Assembly: GCA_044229975.1 (NCBI GenBank)
Contig: JBGARZ010000021.1
Span: 99,818-163,817, forward strand
Length of the DNA stretch: 64,000 nt
Direction: 5' to 3'
Origin: Polyangiales bacterium
GTDB lineage: Bacteria > Myxococcota_A > Polyangia > Polyangiales > Ga0077539
Shown here: piece by piece, positions 47,055 to 57,030 of the stretch
Position numbering within the stretch: the stretch's first letter is position 1
Layout of the letters: every line of letters begins with the position of its first letter
The notes under the pieces: model-generated
Told to the model about the DNA's origin: nothing
The model's database searches: none
The model's input: the letters and a program-made list of their open reading frames with translations, nothing else
Program-made: the position numbers and the translations under genes

Positions 47055-48035
47055 TCAGAACGGCGCCATGCCCGACGGCGCCGCGGGGATGGCGTCGAGG
47101 TCGATGGCCTTCGCCGCGCGGGCGAGGGGGTGTCCCTCCCGAACGAGCACCAGCCAGATGCCCAGCACCGAGAGCACCTCCGGGGAGAGCGAGCGGTAGG
47201 GCTCGGCCAGCGACGACCGCAGCGCCTCGACGCGCTCGGGCGAGATGCGCCGCGTCGCCGACACATGAACCGGCACGAAGCCGTACTGCTGCGCCACGTC
47301 GAGGTAGCCCTGCGCGCGAACGCGGTTGGGCTCGCCGATGTGCGTCGTGAGCGAGCGGTAGAGCTTCTCGGGGAAGAGCAGGAAATCGAGCTCGTGGTCC
47401 CACTCGAAGCCGTGGCTGCGGAGGTCGATCTTGTGGACGAGCACGGCGTCGTCGGTGGTGAGCTCGCGCAGCTCGCGGTGGAGCGTCGTGAGGTCGCGGA
47501 CGTGTTCCATCACCGCGCGGGAGATGACGAGGTCGTACTTGCGTCCGGTGGCCTTGAGCGACGCGGCCTTCGTGTGGACGCGCCCGCCTTCGAGCAGGGA
47601 GTCGACGCGCGAGGGGTCTTCGCCGACGCGCTTGAGGAGGCCCTCGTAGAGCGCGCGCACGCGGGACGGGTCGCGGGTCTGGAGGTCGAAGGCGTCGTAG
47701 CCGTCGACGCTGACGGCGCCGCGCTGGCGGGCGAGCATGGCGACCGCGCGGGTGTTGCCGGGGCCGAGTTCGAGGACGGTGCGGCCCTTGAAGAAGCCGG
47801 CTTCGGACTCGCAGACGCCGACGTGGGTGGCGATGCGCTCGTAGTCCTCGACGACGCCCTCGAAGTAGTCGTAGGCGGCCTCGCCCTCGGCGTCGCTGCC
47901 GCGGCCGGTCACGTTGGTGAGCCGCATGAGGCCGTTGGCGAGCTTCGGGGCGTGGCGGAAGGCGAGGTTTCGGCCGAGCAGATAGCCCGCGGCCGCGCCC
48001 ATCCACAGGAGCTTGGTCGGTCGGAGTCCGGTCAC
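47055..48035 (-). CDS. Class I SAM-dependent methyltransferase
   Basis: VLELGPG, YDLVISRAVMEHV, HKIDLRSH; start estimated at GTG 48035. Confidence 0.82.
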   Translation of the reverse strand: MTGLRPTKLLWMGAAAGYLLGRNLAFRHAPKLANGLMRLTNVTGRGSDAEGEAAYDYFEGVVEDYERIATHVGVCESEAGFFKGRTVLELGPGNTRAVAMLARQRGAVSVDGYDAFDLQTRDPSRVRALYEGLLKRVGEDPSRVDSLLEGGRVHTKAASLKATGRKYDLVISRAVMEHVRDLTTLHRELRELTTDDAVLVHKIDLRSHGFEWDHELDFLLFPEKLYRSLTTHIGEPNRVRAQGYLDVAQQYGFVPVHVSATRRISPERVEALRSSLAEPYRSLSPEVLSVLGIWLVLVREGHPLARAAKAIDLDAIPAAPSGMAPF

Positions 48036-48097
48036 GCGGCCCGTATAACCCAACGCCCCGCGCAAGCGAAGCCGTCGTTGGAAGCGGGCGGGCTGTC

Positions 48098-48397
48098 GGG
48101 GCCCACGCCGCAGCGTCAGCGCGGCGCGCACCGGTCAGGCCCGCAGTCCCCGGGGGCCACGCCGCAGCGTTAGCGCGGCGCGCACCGGTCAGGCCCGCAG
48201 TCGCCGGGGCCACGCCGCAGCGATAGCGCGGCGCGCATCGGTCAGGCCCGCAGTCACCGTCCGACTCATCGGGTCTCGTCGGGCTGCGGGACTCGACCGC
48301 AAAGCTGACCGTTGCGCGCCTTGCTGACGCTGCGGCGTGGCCCCGGCGGCTGCGAGCCTGACTGTTCCGCGCCTTGCTGACGCTGCGGCGTGGGCCC
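48098..48397. repeat. Composite REP/BIME-like palindrome, family A, copy 2
   Basis: Three direct copies of the same unit as 26576, a different spacer, then two more degenerate inverted copies. Confidence 0.9.
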
Positions 48398-48405
48398 GCC
48401 TGCGT

Positions 48406-48597
48406 CCACCCGCTGGTCCTTGCCCGACACAGACCCGCCCCGGGACGTCCTGGCGCGGGTGCTCGTCCAACACAGACCCGCCCCGGGACGTCCGGACCCT
48501 CCCGCTCGTCCAACACAGACCCGCCCCGGGACGTCCCGGCGCGGGTACTCGCCCAACACAGACCCGCCCCCCGACGCCCACCCGCTGGTCCTCGCCC
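48406..48597. repeat. 43-bp-period tandem repeat
   Basis: ACACAGACCCGCCCC starts at 48427, 48470, 48513 and 48556; CCACCCGCTGGTCCT occurs at 48406 and 48578 (4 x 43 apart). Confidence 0.9.
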
Positions 48598-48665
48598 GCC
48601 ACGACCCACCCGCGCCACACCCGCCCGCCCCCTCAATCCGCGATAGAACCCCCGCCACCCCCCCA

Positions 48666-49763
48666 ATGACCACACCCGATTGGTTCGCCTCCCTCCTGCG
48701 CCCCGAGCTCGCCGCGCTCTCGGCCTACCTCCCCGCGCCGATCCCCGCTGGCGCCGTCCGCCTCGACGCCAACGAGTCCCCGTGGGCCCTCTCGCCCGAT
48801 GCTCGCGCCTCCCTCGCCGAGGCCCTCGCTCGCGTCGACTTCCACCGCTACCCCGACGTCCGCGCCACCGCCCTCCGCGAAGCCATCGCCGCCGACCAGG
48901 GTGTCCACCCCGATCAGCTCGTCATCGGCTGCGGATCCGATGAGGTCATCGCCCTCCTCCTCGGCGCCCTCTCCCATCCCCGCCCCGGCGCCGCGCACGC
49001 CACCGTGCTCTTCCCCACGCCCACCTTCGTCATGTACCGCCACACCGCGCTCACCCTGGGCCTGCGCCCGCACGGTGTCCCACTCGACGGCCACTTCGAC
49101 CTCGACGTCGACCCCATGCGCGAGGCCCTCCGCCAGCACCGCCCCAACGCCCTCTTCCTCGCCTCCCCCAACAACCCCACCGGAACCCTCTACTCCCGCG
49201 ACCGCCTCGCCTCCCTCCTCGCCGCAACCGACGACACCCTCGTCGTCCTCGACGAGGCCTACGCAGCGTTCTCGGGTGTTCGCTACGGCGACCTCACCGC
49301 GCGCTTCCCGCACGCCGCCCGCCTTCAGACGCTCTCCAAGGTCGGCCTCGCCGCCCTCCGCGTCGGCTGGGCCATCCTTCCCCCCGGCGTCGCCGCCGCC
49401 GTCGAGAAGGTGCGCCAACCGTACAACCTCAACACGCTCTCCCAGGTCGCCGCCTACCACTGCCTCACCGCCCTGCGCCCCGAGGTCGACGCCGCGGTGC
49501 AGCGCGTGGTCGCCGAGCGCGAGCGCGTCGAGCCGCTCCTGCGCGCCATCGATGGACTCTCCGTCACCCCCACCGCCGCCAACTTCTGGTGGATCGAAGT
49601 GCCCGAGGACGCCGGTCGCGTCGCCGCGTCCATGCGCGAGCGGGCCGTGGTGGTGCGCTCCTTTCACACGCACGGCGGCGCGCTCACCCGCCGGATGCGC
49701 GTCACCGTCGGCACCCCCGACGAGAACCACCGCATGCTCGACGCCTTGCGCGCCTCGCTCTGA
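48666..49763 (+). CDS. hisC: Histidinol-phosphate aminotransferase
   Basis: RLDANESP, RYPD, GCGSDEVI, PTFVMY, SPNNPTG, LDEAY, TLSK (PLP lysine), LRVG, RQPYN, RVTVGTP. Confidence 0.93.
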   Translation: MTTPDWFASLLRPELAALSAYLPAPIPAGAVRLDANESPWALSPDARASLAEALARVDFHRYPDVRATALREAIAADQGVHPDQLVIGCGSDEVIALLLGALSHPRPGAAHATVLFPTPTFVMYRHTALTLGLRPHGVPLDGHFDLDVDPMREALRQHRPNALFLASPNNPTGTLYSRDRLASLLAATDDTLVVLDEAYAAFSGVRYGDLTARFPHAARLQTLSKVGLAALRVGWAILPPGVAAAVEKVRQPYNLNTLSQVAAYHCLTALRPEVDAAVQRVVAERERVEPLLRAIDGLSVTPTAANFWWIEVPEDAGRVAASMRERAVVVRSFHTHGGALTRRMRVTVGTPDENHRMLDALRASL

Positions 49764-49825
49764 ACCTCCGGTCGCTGTACGCGTTGTCTTGACGCCACGC
49801 GCCGGATGGCTTGTGCTCCGGATCG

Positions 49826-51790
49826 ATGGCGCATCCCAACGACGCATCGAAGACCGATGACCTGATCGGTCCGACGGCGTTCGGGAAGTACACCATCTTC
49901 GCGCGCCTCGGCTCCGGCGGCATGGCCGACGCCCTCCTCGCCATGCTCCACGGCGACCTCGGCTTCCAGAAGCTCGTCGTCCTCAAGCGCATGCACTCCT
50001 CGCTCGGGCGCGACTCGCACTTCGTGCGGATGTTCCTCGACGAGGCGCGGCTCGCGGCGCGGCTGAGCCACCCCAACGTGGTCGCCACCAGCGAGGTCGG
50101 CGAGATCGACGGGCACTACTTCATCGCCATGGAGTACCTGGAGGGCCTCTCCCTCGACCGCATCGTGCGGAAGTACATCCAGCTCGGCGGAGGCATCCCC
50201 CTGGGCTTCCTCTTCCGGGTGCTTTGCGACTCGCTGGAGGGACTCCACCACGCCCACGAACTCCGTGACTTCGGCGGGTCGGCCCTCGGGGTCGTGCACC
50301 GCGACGTGACGCCGTCCAACCTCTTCGTCACGTCCGATGGCATGGCCAAGGTGCTCGACTTCGGCATCGCCAAGGCCGCCACGCACGACGAGGCCACGCG
50401 CACCGGCATGCTCAAGGGCAAGCTCGCGTACATGTCCCCGGAGCAGTTCTACTCCGACCCGGTCGACCGCCGCGCCGACCTCTGGTCCATGGGCGTGCTC
50501 ATCTGGGAAATGGTCACCGGCCGTCGCCTCTTCAAAGGCAACAACGACGCCGTCACGTACCAGAACATCGTCAGCATGGAGATCCCTCCCGTCGGCGGAT
50601 ATCGCCCCGACGCGCCGCCCGAGATCGACGCCGTCATCGCCCGCGCCCTCCAGCGCGATCGCAACGAGCGCTACCAGGACGCCGAGGCCATGCGCCGCGA
50701 CATGGAGCGCATCCTCGCGAGCTCCCTCAAGGCGTTCTCCCGGGCCGACGTCGCCAGCATGATGCGCGTGACCTTCGGCGAGGTGCTCGAAGAAAACCGC
50801 GAGACCATCCGCGCCTTCGCCAGCCCGACGCCCCCGCGCGCCAACGCCGCCTACGGGCTCTCCTCGGCGGGCGAGATCAAGCCCGGCGCCGGCATGACCT
50901 TCCCGCCGACCTCCTCGCAGGTCGACCCGCGCGCCCTCGGCGTCTCGCCCGCACGCCCCGGCCGCCCGCAAGACCGCACCCTCGTCGACGACCGCGACGA
51001 CGGCGACGACACCCTCATGGAGCCGCCGTCCAACCATCCCCTCGGCGACCTCGCCACGGCCACCGATGTCGGCTCCGCGGTCAACGCCGCCGTCGATGCC
51101 TTCGCCTCCGTTCCGCCAGACCTCATGCCCCAGGCGGCGCCCCTCCCGCGGCAGCACCCCACCGCCATGATGGGGACACCGCGCATGCCCGACCCGCGCG
51201 CCCCGGCGGCGCCGTCGGTCAATGTTCCGCCCGCCACCCAGTCGGTGCCCGCGGTCCCCGTCGCGCCGCCCCTCGCGCCGCCGCCGCCGCGTGTCGCGCT
51301 CCCTGCCGCGCCGAGCCCTGGCCCCGAGCACTACGCGCCGCCCCAGCGCGAGACCCTCTACCTCCCCAACAAGCCCAGGCAGGGTCGCCTGGAGACCATC
51401 CTCGGCTGGCTGCTGCTCATGGTCGTCGTGGCGTTCATCAGCGCGGCCATCTACAGCCGCTGGGATTGGATCCGCTCGGCCGGCGGCGCCCTCCTCCGCA
51501 ACGAACCCGCACCGCCCACCTACGTGGGGACCTTTCGCCTCCGCATCACCAGCGACCCCAACCACGCCCGCGTCTTCGAAAACGACCAGGAGATCGGCGC
51601 CACCCCGCTGGAGCTGGTGATCCACCGCGGCCAGGTGGTGCAGCGCCCGCGGCAGTTCGTGCTGCGCGCGCCGGGCCATCAGCCCGTGGCGGTGGTGCAG
51701 TCCAACACGCTCCAGCCCGAGACCCGCGTCCACGTCCCGATGCCCGCGCTCCCCGCGGCGCCCGCTCCCGTCGCTCCGCCGCGACGCTGA
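49826..51790 (+). CDS. Membrane Ser/Thr protein kinase with C-terminal PEGA-like domain
   Basis: [46 protein letters not shown]; Pro-rich linker, TM, ITSDP..ARVF...IGATPL. Confidence 0.93.
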   Translation: MAHPNDASKTDDLIGPTAFGKYTIFARLGSGGMADALLAMLHGDLGFQKLVVLKRMHSSLGRDSHFVRMFLDEARLAARLSHPNVVATSEVGEIDGHYFIAMEYLEGLSLDRIVRKYIQLGGGIPLGFLFRVLCDSLEGLHHAHELRDFGGSALGVVHRDVTPSNLFVTSDGMAKVLDFGIAKAATHDEATRTGMLKGKLAYMSPEQFYSDPVDRRADLWSMGVLIWEMVTGRRLFKGNNDAVTYQNIVSMEIPPVGGYRPDAPPEIDAVIARALQRDRNERYQDAEAMRRDMERILASSLKAFSRADVASMMRVTFGEVLEENRETIRAFASPTPPRANAAYGLSSAGEIKPGAGMTFPPTSSQVDPRALGVSPARPGRPQDRTLVDDRDDGDDTLMEPPSNHPLGDLATATDVGSAVNAAVDAFASVPPDLMPQAAPLPRQHPTAMMGTPRMPDPRAPAAPSVNVPPATQSVPAVPVAPPLAPPPPRVALPAAPSPGPEHYAPPQRETLYLPNKPRQGRLETILGWLLLMVVVAFISAAIYSRWDWIRSAGGALLRNEPAPPTYVGTFRLRITSDPNHARVFENDQEIGATPLELVIHRGQVVQRPRQFVLRAPGHQPVAVVQSNTLQPETRVHVPMPALPAAPAPVAPPRR

Positions 51791-51836
51791 CTCACCCCCT
51801 TGCGGGGGACGCGCGGGCCGTGCGATTCGCGGGTCC

Positions 51837-52226
51837 ATGAGCCAGCCGAAGACCGTCGTGAGCACCGAGGCCGCCCCGAAGGCCATCGGGCCGTACTCCC
51901 AGGCCATCATCGCCAACGGGTTCGTGTTCTGCTCGGGGCAGATTCCGCTCGACCCGGCCACGATGCAGATCGTCGGCGACACCGTCGAAGCCCAGACCGA
52001 GCGCGTGATGCAGAACCTCGACGCCGTCCTGCGCGCCGCCGGCACCGACCTCGCCCACGCCGTCCGCACCACCATCTTCCTCAAGGACCTCGGAGACTTC
52101 GTGGCCGTCAACGGCGTGTACGGCCGCTACTTCCCGGCCGATCCGCCCGCTCGCGCGACGGTGCAGGTGTCCCGCCTCCCGCGTGACGTGATGGTCGAGA
52201 TCGACCTCATCGCGGTGCTCCCGTGA
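51837..52226 (+). CDS. ridA: RidA/YjgF-family enamine/imine deaminase
   Basis: APKAIGPYSQA, CSGQIPLDP, PARATVQVSRLP, VEIDLIA. Confidence 0.93.
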   Translation: MSQPKTVVSTEAAPKAIGPYSQAIIANGFVFCSGQIPLDPATMQIVGDTVEAQTERVMQNLDAVLRAAGTDLAHAVRTTIFLKDLGDFVAVNGVYGRYFPADPPARATVQVSRLPRDVMVEIDLIAVLP

Positions 52227-53047
52227 CCTCGCTCTCGCAGCGCCTCGCGTTCGACGGGGAGCCTTCGTACGTGTCCTCACCGACGGCGACGGCGGTGCAG
52301 TTTCTCATCCACACGCGGGTGCTTCGCTCGGGCGCCATCGTCTGCACGCGGGTGCTGGCCGACCCGGACGGCATCCAGGACGTGGAGGCCGACGAGAGCT
52401 CGCGGACGAAGGTGCGCGGGGAGTTCGAGCGCGTGCGGCGCGAGCTGAAGGTGCGGATGGTCGCCGTGCCCGAACGCTACGTCGCCGCGCGCATCCACGA
52501 GGCGATGGAGGCGCACGCTCGCGCGGGGAAGACGCTCTCGGCGACCGACCAGCGGGTGCTCGCGATGATCGCGAAGCCCGATGGGGTGGTGGCGCATCCG
52601 GTGAAGGTCCTGTCGCCGATCGCGGATGCCGCGGAGCGGGTCGAGCGCTCGCTGGAGCTGCACACCGAACCGGAGATCAACCCGCTGCTGCCGAGCAAGC
52701 AGGAGATCGAGGCGGTGGGGGACTACGTCGCGAAGCGCGACCGCGGTGAGCCTGTCGTGGTGGTGGGCGCCTTCGCCGACCCGACGCTGGTGGCGCTGCG
52801 CGAGGCGATCAGCCTGGCGTGCGGGCGCGCGACGCTCGACCGGCTGGCGCGGCAGCTCCGGGATGTGGCGCTGGTCTTCGCGGCGACGCGGCGGCCCGAG
52901 CTGGCGCTCGACGCGGTCGCGACGGCCGACGCCATCGACGCGGCGGGGGAGGGTGGTACGGCGCCGCACGAGATTCCGTACGTGTTCGGGCTGTTCTACA
53001 AGTTCGCGCTGGTGCAGCGGGAGTACGCGAAGGCGGAGGCGAAGTAG
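52223..53047 (+). CDS. Hypothetical protein
   Basis: 4-bp overlap with ridA; coding-like codon usage; no motif recognised. Confidence 0.7.
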   Translation: MTSLSQRLAFDGEPSYVSSPTATAVQFLIHTRVLRSGAIVCTRVLADPDGIQDVEADESSRTKVRGEFERVRRELKVRMVAVPERYVAARIHEAMEAHARAGKTLSATDQRVLAMIAKPDGVVAHPVKVLSPIADAAERVERSLELHTEPEINPLLPSKQEIEAVGDYVAKRDRGEPVVVVGAFADPTLVALREAISLACGRATLDRLARQLRDVALVFAATRRPELALDAVATADAIDAAGEGGTAPHEIPYVFGLFYKFALVQREYAKAEAK

Positions 53048-53075
53048 CGCCCACGCGACGGTCAGAGGTTGCGCA

Positions 53076-53255
53076 GCACTCGCCCAGGCCCGCCCAATGC
53101 GGCCTTACCCGAAGGGACGCCCCCGCCCAGGCCCGCCCGCGCTCGCCGAGTTCGAACGCGCGCGGAGTCGGAAGGTCCGACGAAGGCCGCGTTGGGCGGG
53201 CCTGAGCGGGGCGTCCCTCCGGGTAAGGCCGCGTTGGGTGGGCCTGGATGGGTGC
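53076..53255. repeat. Imperfect intergenic inverted repeat, family D
   Basis: About 62-bp arms, 53076-53138 and 53194-53255, built from CAGGCCCGCCCAAYGCGGCCTT units; lies between convergent genes. Confidence 0.85.
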
Positions 53256-53265
53256 TCCCCGCGCC

Positions 53266-54612
53266 CTACGGCGCCAGCCCCACCGCCCACATCGGTGCGG
53301 TCGCCGCTACGGCCACCAGCCCCGCGAAGAGCACGTACGCCAGCCGCGCGTCGGTGAGCCCCTCCAGCTCCGCGGCCACGCTCACCAGCGTCCCCGCCCG
53401 CACGTCTTCGCGCGCCACCGACCCGACGCTCGGCCCCGCGCGAAACGGTCCGTCGTCGCTCGTCCCCTCGTGACCCCGCAGCACCACCGCACCGGCGGAG
53501 AGCCCCGCACCGAAGGGCGCCGTCACCCGCGCGCCGTCGCCGTCGAGCACGATCACGCCGTCCACGCCGAGCGCGCCCTGCCGCCATCCCGCGCGCGCCG
53601 ACCACCACCGCCCATCGCTCTTCACCAGGGCCGCCAGCAGCCCCAGCGCGAGCGAAACGACTGCGGCGACGATCCAGCTCCGCGGGGCCGAGGCGCGCGG
53701 CACGAAGGTCGCCAGCACGGCGCGGTCTTCGGCCCATGGGGCGCCCGAGTCGAGGTCGAACGCACGCGTCTGCGTCGACCACGCCGACGCCGACGTCACC
53801 AGCAGCGCCCGGGTTGGCAGGTCGTGGCGAAGCGTGAGGTCGCCGCAGCCCATGAGGTTCTCGTCGCGACGCACCACCCGGTCGGGCAGCGCGGTGATGT
53901 CGTCGTCGACCCGCAGCGCGCAGCCCCCGCCGTCGTCGAAGGTGTACCGGCGCAACGTCAGCCGGGTGCCCGCGACGCGCGTGTCCACTGACCGCGTCGA
54001 TACGCCCCCGATGGCGCTGGTGGTCTCGCGTCCTGGCATCGCGGGCACCTGATCGATGGTGGATCGTGTGGCCACGTACCGATCGATCGCCGGAGCCCGC
54101 ACGGCACGCACCACCGCCCCGGCGCCCAACGCCGCGGCGATCAGCGCGACGAGCGCACCGACGTGCCGCAGTCCGCGCCTCGACGGAAACGGCACGAACG
54201 CCCAGCACGCCGCGGCGACGGTCGTCACCACGGCGACCCCGATCGCCCACGGCTCGCACTCCCACAACCGCGGGTCACCGTAGGCGAGTCGCCACGACGC
54301 GTGCAGGTTGTAGTGCGCGTCGGCCGTCGTGCTCAGCCCGAGCGCCGCCGCTCCCACGGACATCGCGAGCCACCACGCGACCCGCCCGCGCGGACCCAGG
54401 ATGCGCGCGGCGAGCGCCTCCAACGGCACCCGCAACACCAGCAGCAGCAGGGCGCCCCACAGCCCCGCGGAGAGCCCCGCCGCGCGCAGCGGACGGACGT
54501 CGTACGTCACCGCGAGCGCCCCGCCGCCCGCGACCAGCGCGACGAAACCCGCGACGACCGCGAAGCCCAACACCCTCGCGGGTCGTGGAGCCTCGGTCGC
54601 CGCGGCGCCCAT
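53266..54612 (-). CDS. Hypothetical multi-pass membrane protein
   Basis: About seven hydrophobic segments; ATG at 54612 overlaps the purA stop. Confidence 0.65.
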   Translation of the reverse strand: MGAAATEAPRPARVLGFAVVAGFVALVAGGGALAVTYDVRPLRAAGLSAGLWGALLLLVLRVPLEALAARILGPRGRVAWWLAMSVGAAALGLSTTADAHYNLHASWRLAYGDPRLWECEPWAIGVAVVTTVAAACWAFVPFPSRRGLRHVGALVALIAAALGAGAVVRAVRAPAIDRYVATRSTIDQVPAMPGRETTSAIGGVSTRSVDTRVAGTRLTLRRYTFDDGGGCALRVDDDITALPDRVVRRDENLMGCGDLTLRHDLPTRALLVTSASAWSTQTRAFDLDSGAPWAEDRAVLATFVPRASAPRSWIVAAVVSLALGLLAALVKSDGRWWSARAGWRQGALGVDGVIVLDGDGARVTAPFGAGLSAGAVVLRGHEGTSDDGPFRAGPSVGSVAREDVRAGTLVSVAAELEGLTDARLAYVLFAGLVAVAATAPMWAVGLAP

Positions 54613-55886
54613 CACACCAGGACCTCGCGCCTCACGATGGTCGCGTCGCGCTCGGCGCCCACCGAGACGATGGCCACCTCGACCCCGGTGCGCTTCTCCA
54701 CCTCGGCGAGGTAGCGCCGAACCGTCTCCGGCAGCGCCTCCATGGTGCGGGCCTCGCTCACCGACGCATCCCACCCGGGCATGTTGAGGAAGATCGGCTC
54801 GGCCCGATCGAGGTCATCGACCGGAAACTCGTTGGTCTCCACACCATCGACCTTGTAGCCGACGCACAGCGGAACCTCCGGCAGCCCCGCCAGCACATCC
54901 ACCTTCGTCACCACCAGGGCCGTGAGCCCGTTGACCCGCGCCGCGTAGCGCAGCGCCGGCAGGTCGAGCCAGCCGCAGCGCCGCGGGCGACCCGTCGTCG
55001 CGCCGTACTCCTCGCCCACCTCGCGCAGACGGTCGCCCGCCTCGCCGAGCAGCTCCGTCGGGAAGAGCCCATGGCCCACGCGGGTGCAGTACGCCTTGGT
55101 GATGCCCACCACACCCGTGATGCGCGTCGGCCCGATGCCCGTGCCCGTGCACGCGCCGCCCGCCACCGTGCTGGAGCTCGTCACGTAGGGGTACGTCCCG
55201 TGGTCGAGGTCGAGCAGCGTGCCCTGGGCGCCCTCGAAGACCACGCGCCGACCCGCCGCGATGGCCTCGTCGACCACGATGGAGGCGTCGCCCAGCAGCG
55301 GCCCGATGACGTCCATGAAGGGCGCCACCCACGCGAGCGCTCCCTCGACCGTCGGCGCCTCGACGCCCGCGGCCCGCGCCCGCTCGCGCCACACCTCGAC
55401 CAGCGCGCCCACGCGATCGTTGGCCCTCGCACCATCGACGAGATCACCCAGCCGAACGCCGATGCGCGCGGCCTTGTCGCTGTACGTCGGCCCGATGCCG
55501 CGCCCGGTGGTGCCGATGGCGCGCGGGCCCGCGTTGGCCGCCCGGTCGATGGCCGACTGGAAGGGGAAGGTCACGTGCGCCCGACGGCTGATGAGCAGTC
55601 GCTTGGTGACGCCGAGGCCCTTCTCCTCGCAGGTCGTGATCTCCCGCGTGAGGATGTCCGGTGACACCACCACGCCGGCCCCGAGCACGCAGCGCGCGCC
55701 GGGGTGCATCACCCCGCTCGGCAGCAGGTGCGTGACCAGCTTCTGGCCGCCCACCTTCAGCGTGTGGCCCGCGTTGGCGCCCCCCGCGAAGCGCACCACC
55801 ATCTCCGCACGCGCCGAGATGAGGTCGACGACCTTGCCCTTACCTTCGTCGCCCCACTGGGCTCCGACCACGACGATCGCTGCCAT
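54612..55886 (-). CDS. purA: Adenylosuccinate synthetase
   Basis: GAQWGDEGKGK, GGANAGHT, IGTTGRGIGPTY, EGAQG, HGTYPYVTSS, GATTGRPRRCGWLD. Confidence 0.98.
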   Translation of the reverse strand: MAAIVVVGAQWGDEGKGKVVDLISARAEMVVRFAGGANAGHTLKVGGQKLVTHLLPSGVMHPGARCVLGAGVVVSPDILTREITTCEEKGLGVTKRLLISRRAHVTFPFQSAIDRAANAGPRAIGTTGRGIGPTYSDKAARIGVRLGDLVDGARANDRVGALVEVWRERARAAGVEAPTVEGALAWVAPFMDVIGPLLGDASIVVDEAIAAGRRVVFEGAQGTLLDLDHGTYPYVTSSSTVAGGACTGTGIGPTRITGVVGITKAYCTRVGHGLFPTELLGEAGDRLREVGEEYGATTGRPRRCGWLDLPALRYAARVNGLTALVVTKVDVLAGLPEVPLCVGYKVDGVETNEFPVDDLDRAEPIFLNMPGWDASVSEARTMEALPETVRRYLAEVEKRTGVEVAIVSVGAERDATIVRREVLV

Positions 55887-55980
55887 TTTCCGTTACTCCG
55901 GGGCGGCATCCTACGGGTTCGCTTGTCCGTTGGCGATGCGCGTTTGCAGGAGGCGCACCCATTGGGCTACAGCGGCCCGC

Positions 55981-57030
55981 GTGTCGCCTCGCAGGGTACT
56001 GATGTGGCCCCGACCCGACGCCGCAAACCCCTACGTGGCGCGGCTCGTCGAGGCCCTCCGCGCCCGCGGGGTGGACATCGGAACCGCCCCGCGACTCGCA
56101 GCCCTCTGCGCCTTTCCGCGCGGCGCCCGCTGGCTGCACCTGCACTGGCCCGAGTGGATGGTCCATGACGTCGACCGCGTTCGCTACCGCGCCCGCACGG
56201 CGTGGCTGCTCGCGCTCCTCGACCTCGCCCGCGCCCGCGGCCTCTCCCTCGCCTGGACGGCCCACAACCGCCTCGGCCACGACGACCCGCACCCCGACCT
56301 CGGCCTCGCCGCCCGCCGCGCGCTCCTGCGCCGCTGCGCCGTCGTATTCGGTCACTTCCCCGCCGCTCACGAGACCCTCTCCGCCCTGGGCTTCGGCGGG
56401 CGCTTCGTCCATCAGCCGCACCCGCACTTCGCCGACGACTACCCCGATCCCTTCGAGGCAGACCCCGCCGCGCGCGTTGCCTTCCGCCGGTCGCTCGGTG
56501 TCGCCGACGACGCGCTCCTGCTCGTCTCCCCGGGCTCGATGGAGCCGTACAAGCAGCTCCCGCTCCTCGCCCGCGCGCTGCGCTCGCTCGACCACCGCTT
56601 CGTCTGGGTGCCCGTCGGTCGCGCCCGCCCGGAGCTGCTCGCCGCGCTGCGCGACGCCATCGGCGACGACCCGCGCCTCCGCCCGCAACCGGGCTTCGCG
56701 TCCCGCGAGTCGCTCGCTTCGCTCACGTCCGCCGCGGACGCCACGGTGCTCGCCCACCACGACCTCTTCACGTCGGGTAGCGCCGTGTTGTCCTTCACGC
56801 TCGGCACGCCTGTCATCGGTCCGCCGGTGCACCACCTGGCATCGTTTGGTGACCGAACCTTCTTCCTCCCATGGACTCCCCCCGACGCGCCGTCGCTGGG
56901 AGCGCACCTCACCCGCCTGCGCGATCTCTCCCCGTCGGTGCGCGACGAGGCCCGCGCCGACGCGCTCCGTCACACCTGGGACGGCGCCGCCGCCATCGTC
57001 GACGACGCGCTCTTCGGGGTCGCCGCGTGA
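55981..57030 (+). CDS. Glycosyltransferase (GT-B/GT4-like)
   Basis: NPYVARL, LHLHWPE, WTAHN..HD, G.MEPYK, TSGSAVL..TLGTPVI. 3' part of ORF 55219..57030. Confidence 0.82.
   Translation: MSPRRVLMWPRPDAANPYVARLVEALRARGVDIGTAPRLAALCAFPRGARWLHLHWPEWMVHDVDRVRYRARTAWLLALLDLARARGLSLAWTAHNRLGHDDPHPDLGLAARRALLRRCAVVFGHFPAAHETLSALGFGGRFVHQPHPHFADDYPDPFEADPAARVAFRRSLGVADDALLLVSPGSMEPYKQLPLLARALRSLDHRFVWVPVGRARPELLAALRDAIGDDPRLRPQPGFASRESLASLTSAADATVLAHHDLFTSGSAVLSFTLGTPVIGPPVHHLASFGDRTFFLPWTPPDAPSLGAHLTRLRDLSPSVRDEARADALRHTWDGAAAIVDDALFGVAA

Noticed and set aside
48406..48597. Possible mini-CRISPR array
   Set aside because: Linkers are only 19 nt and resemble each other; no cas genes or leader.
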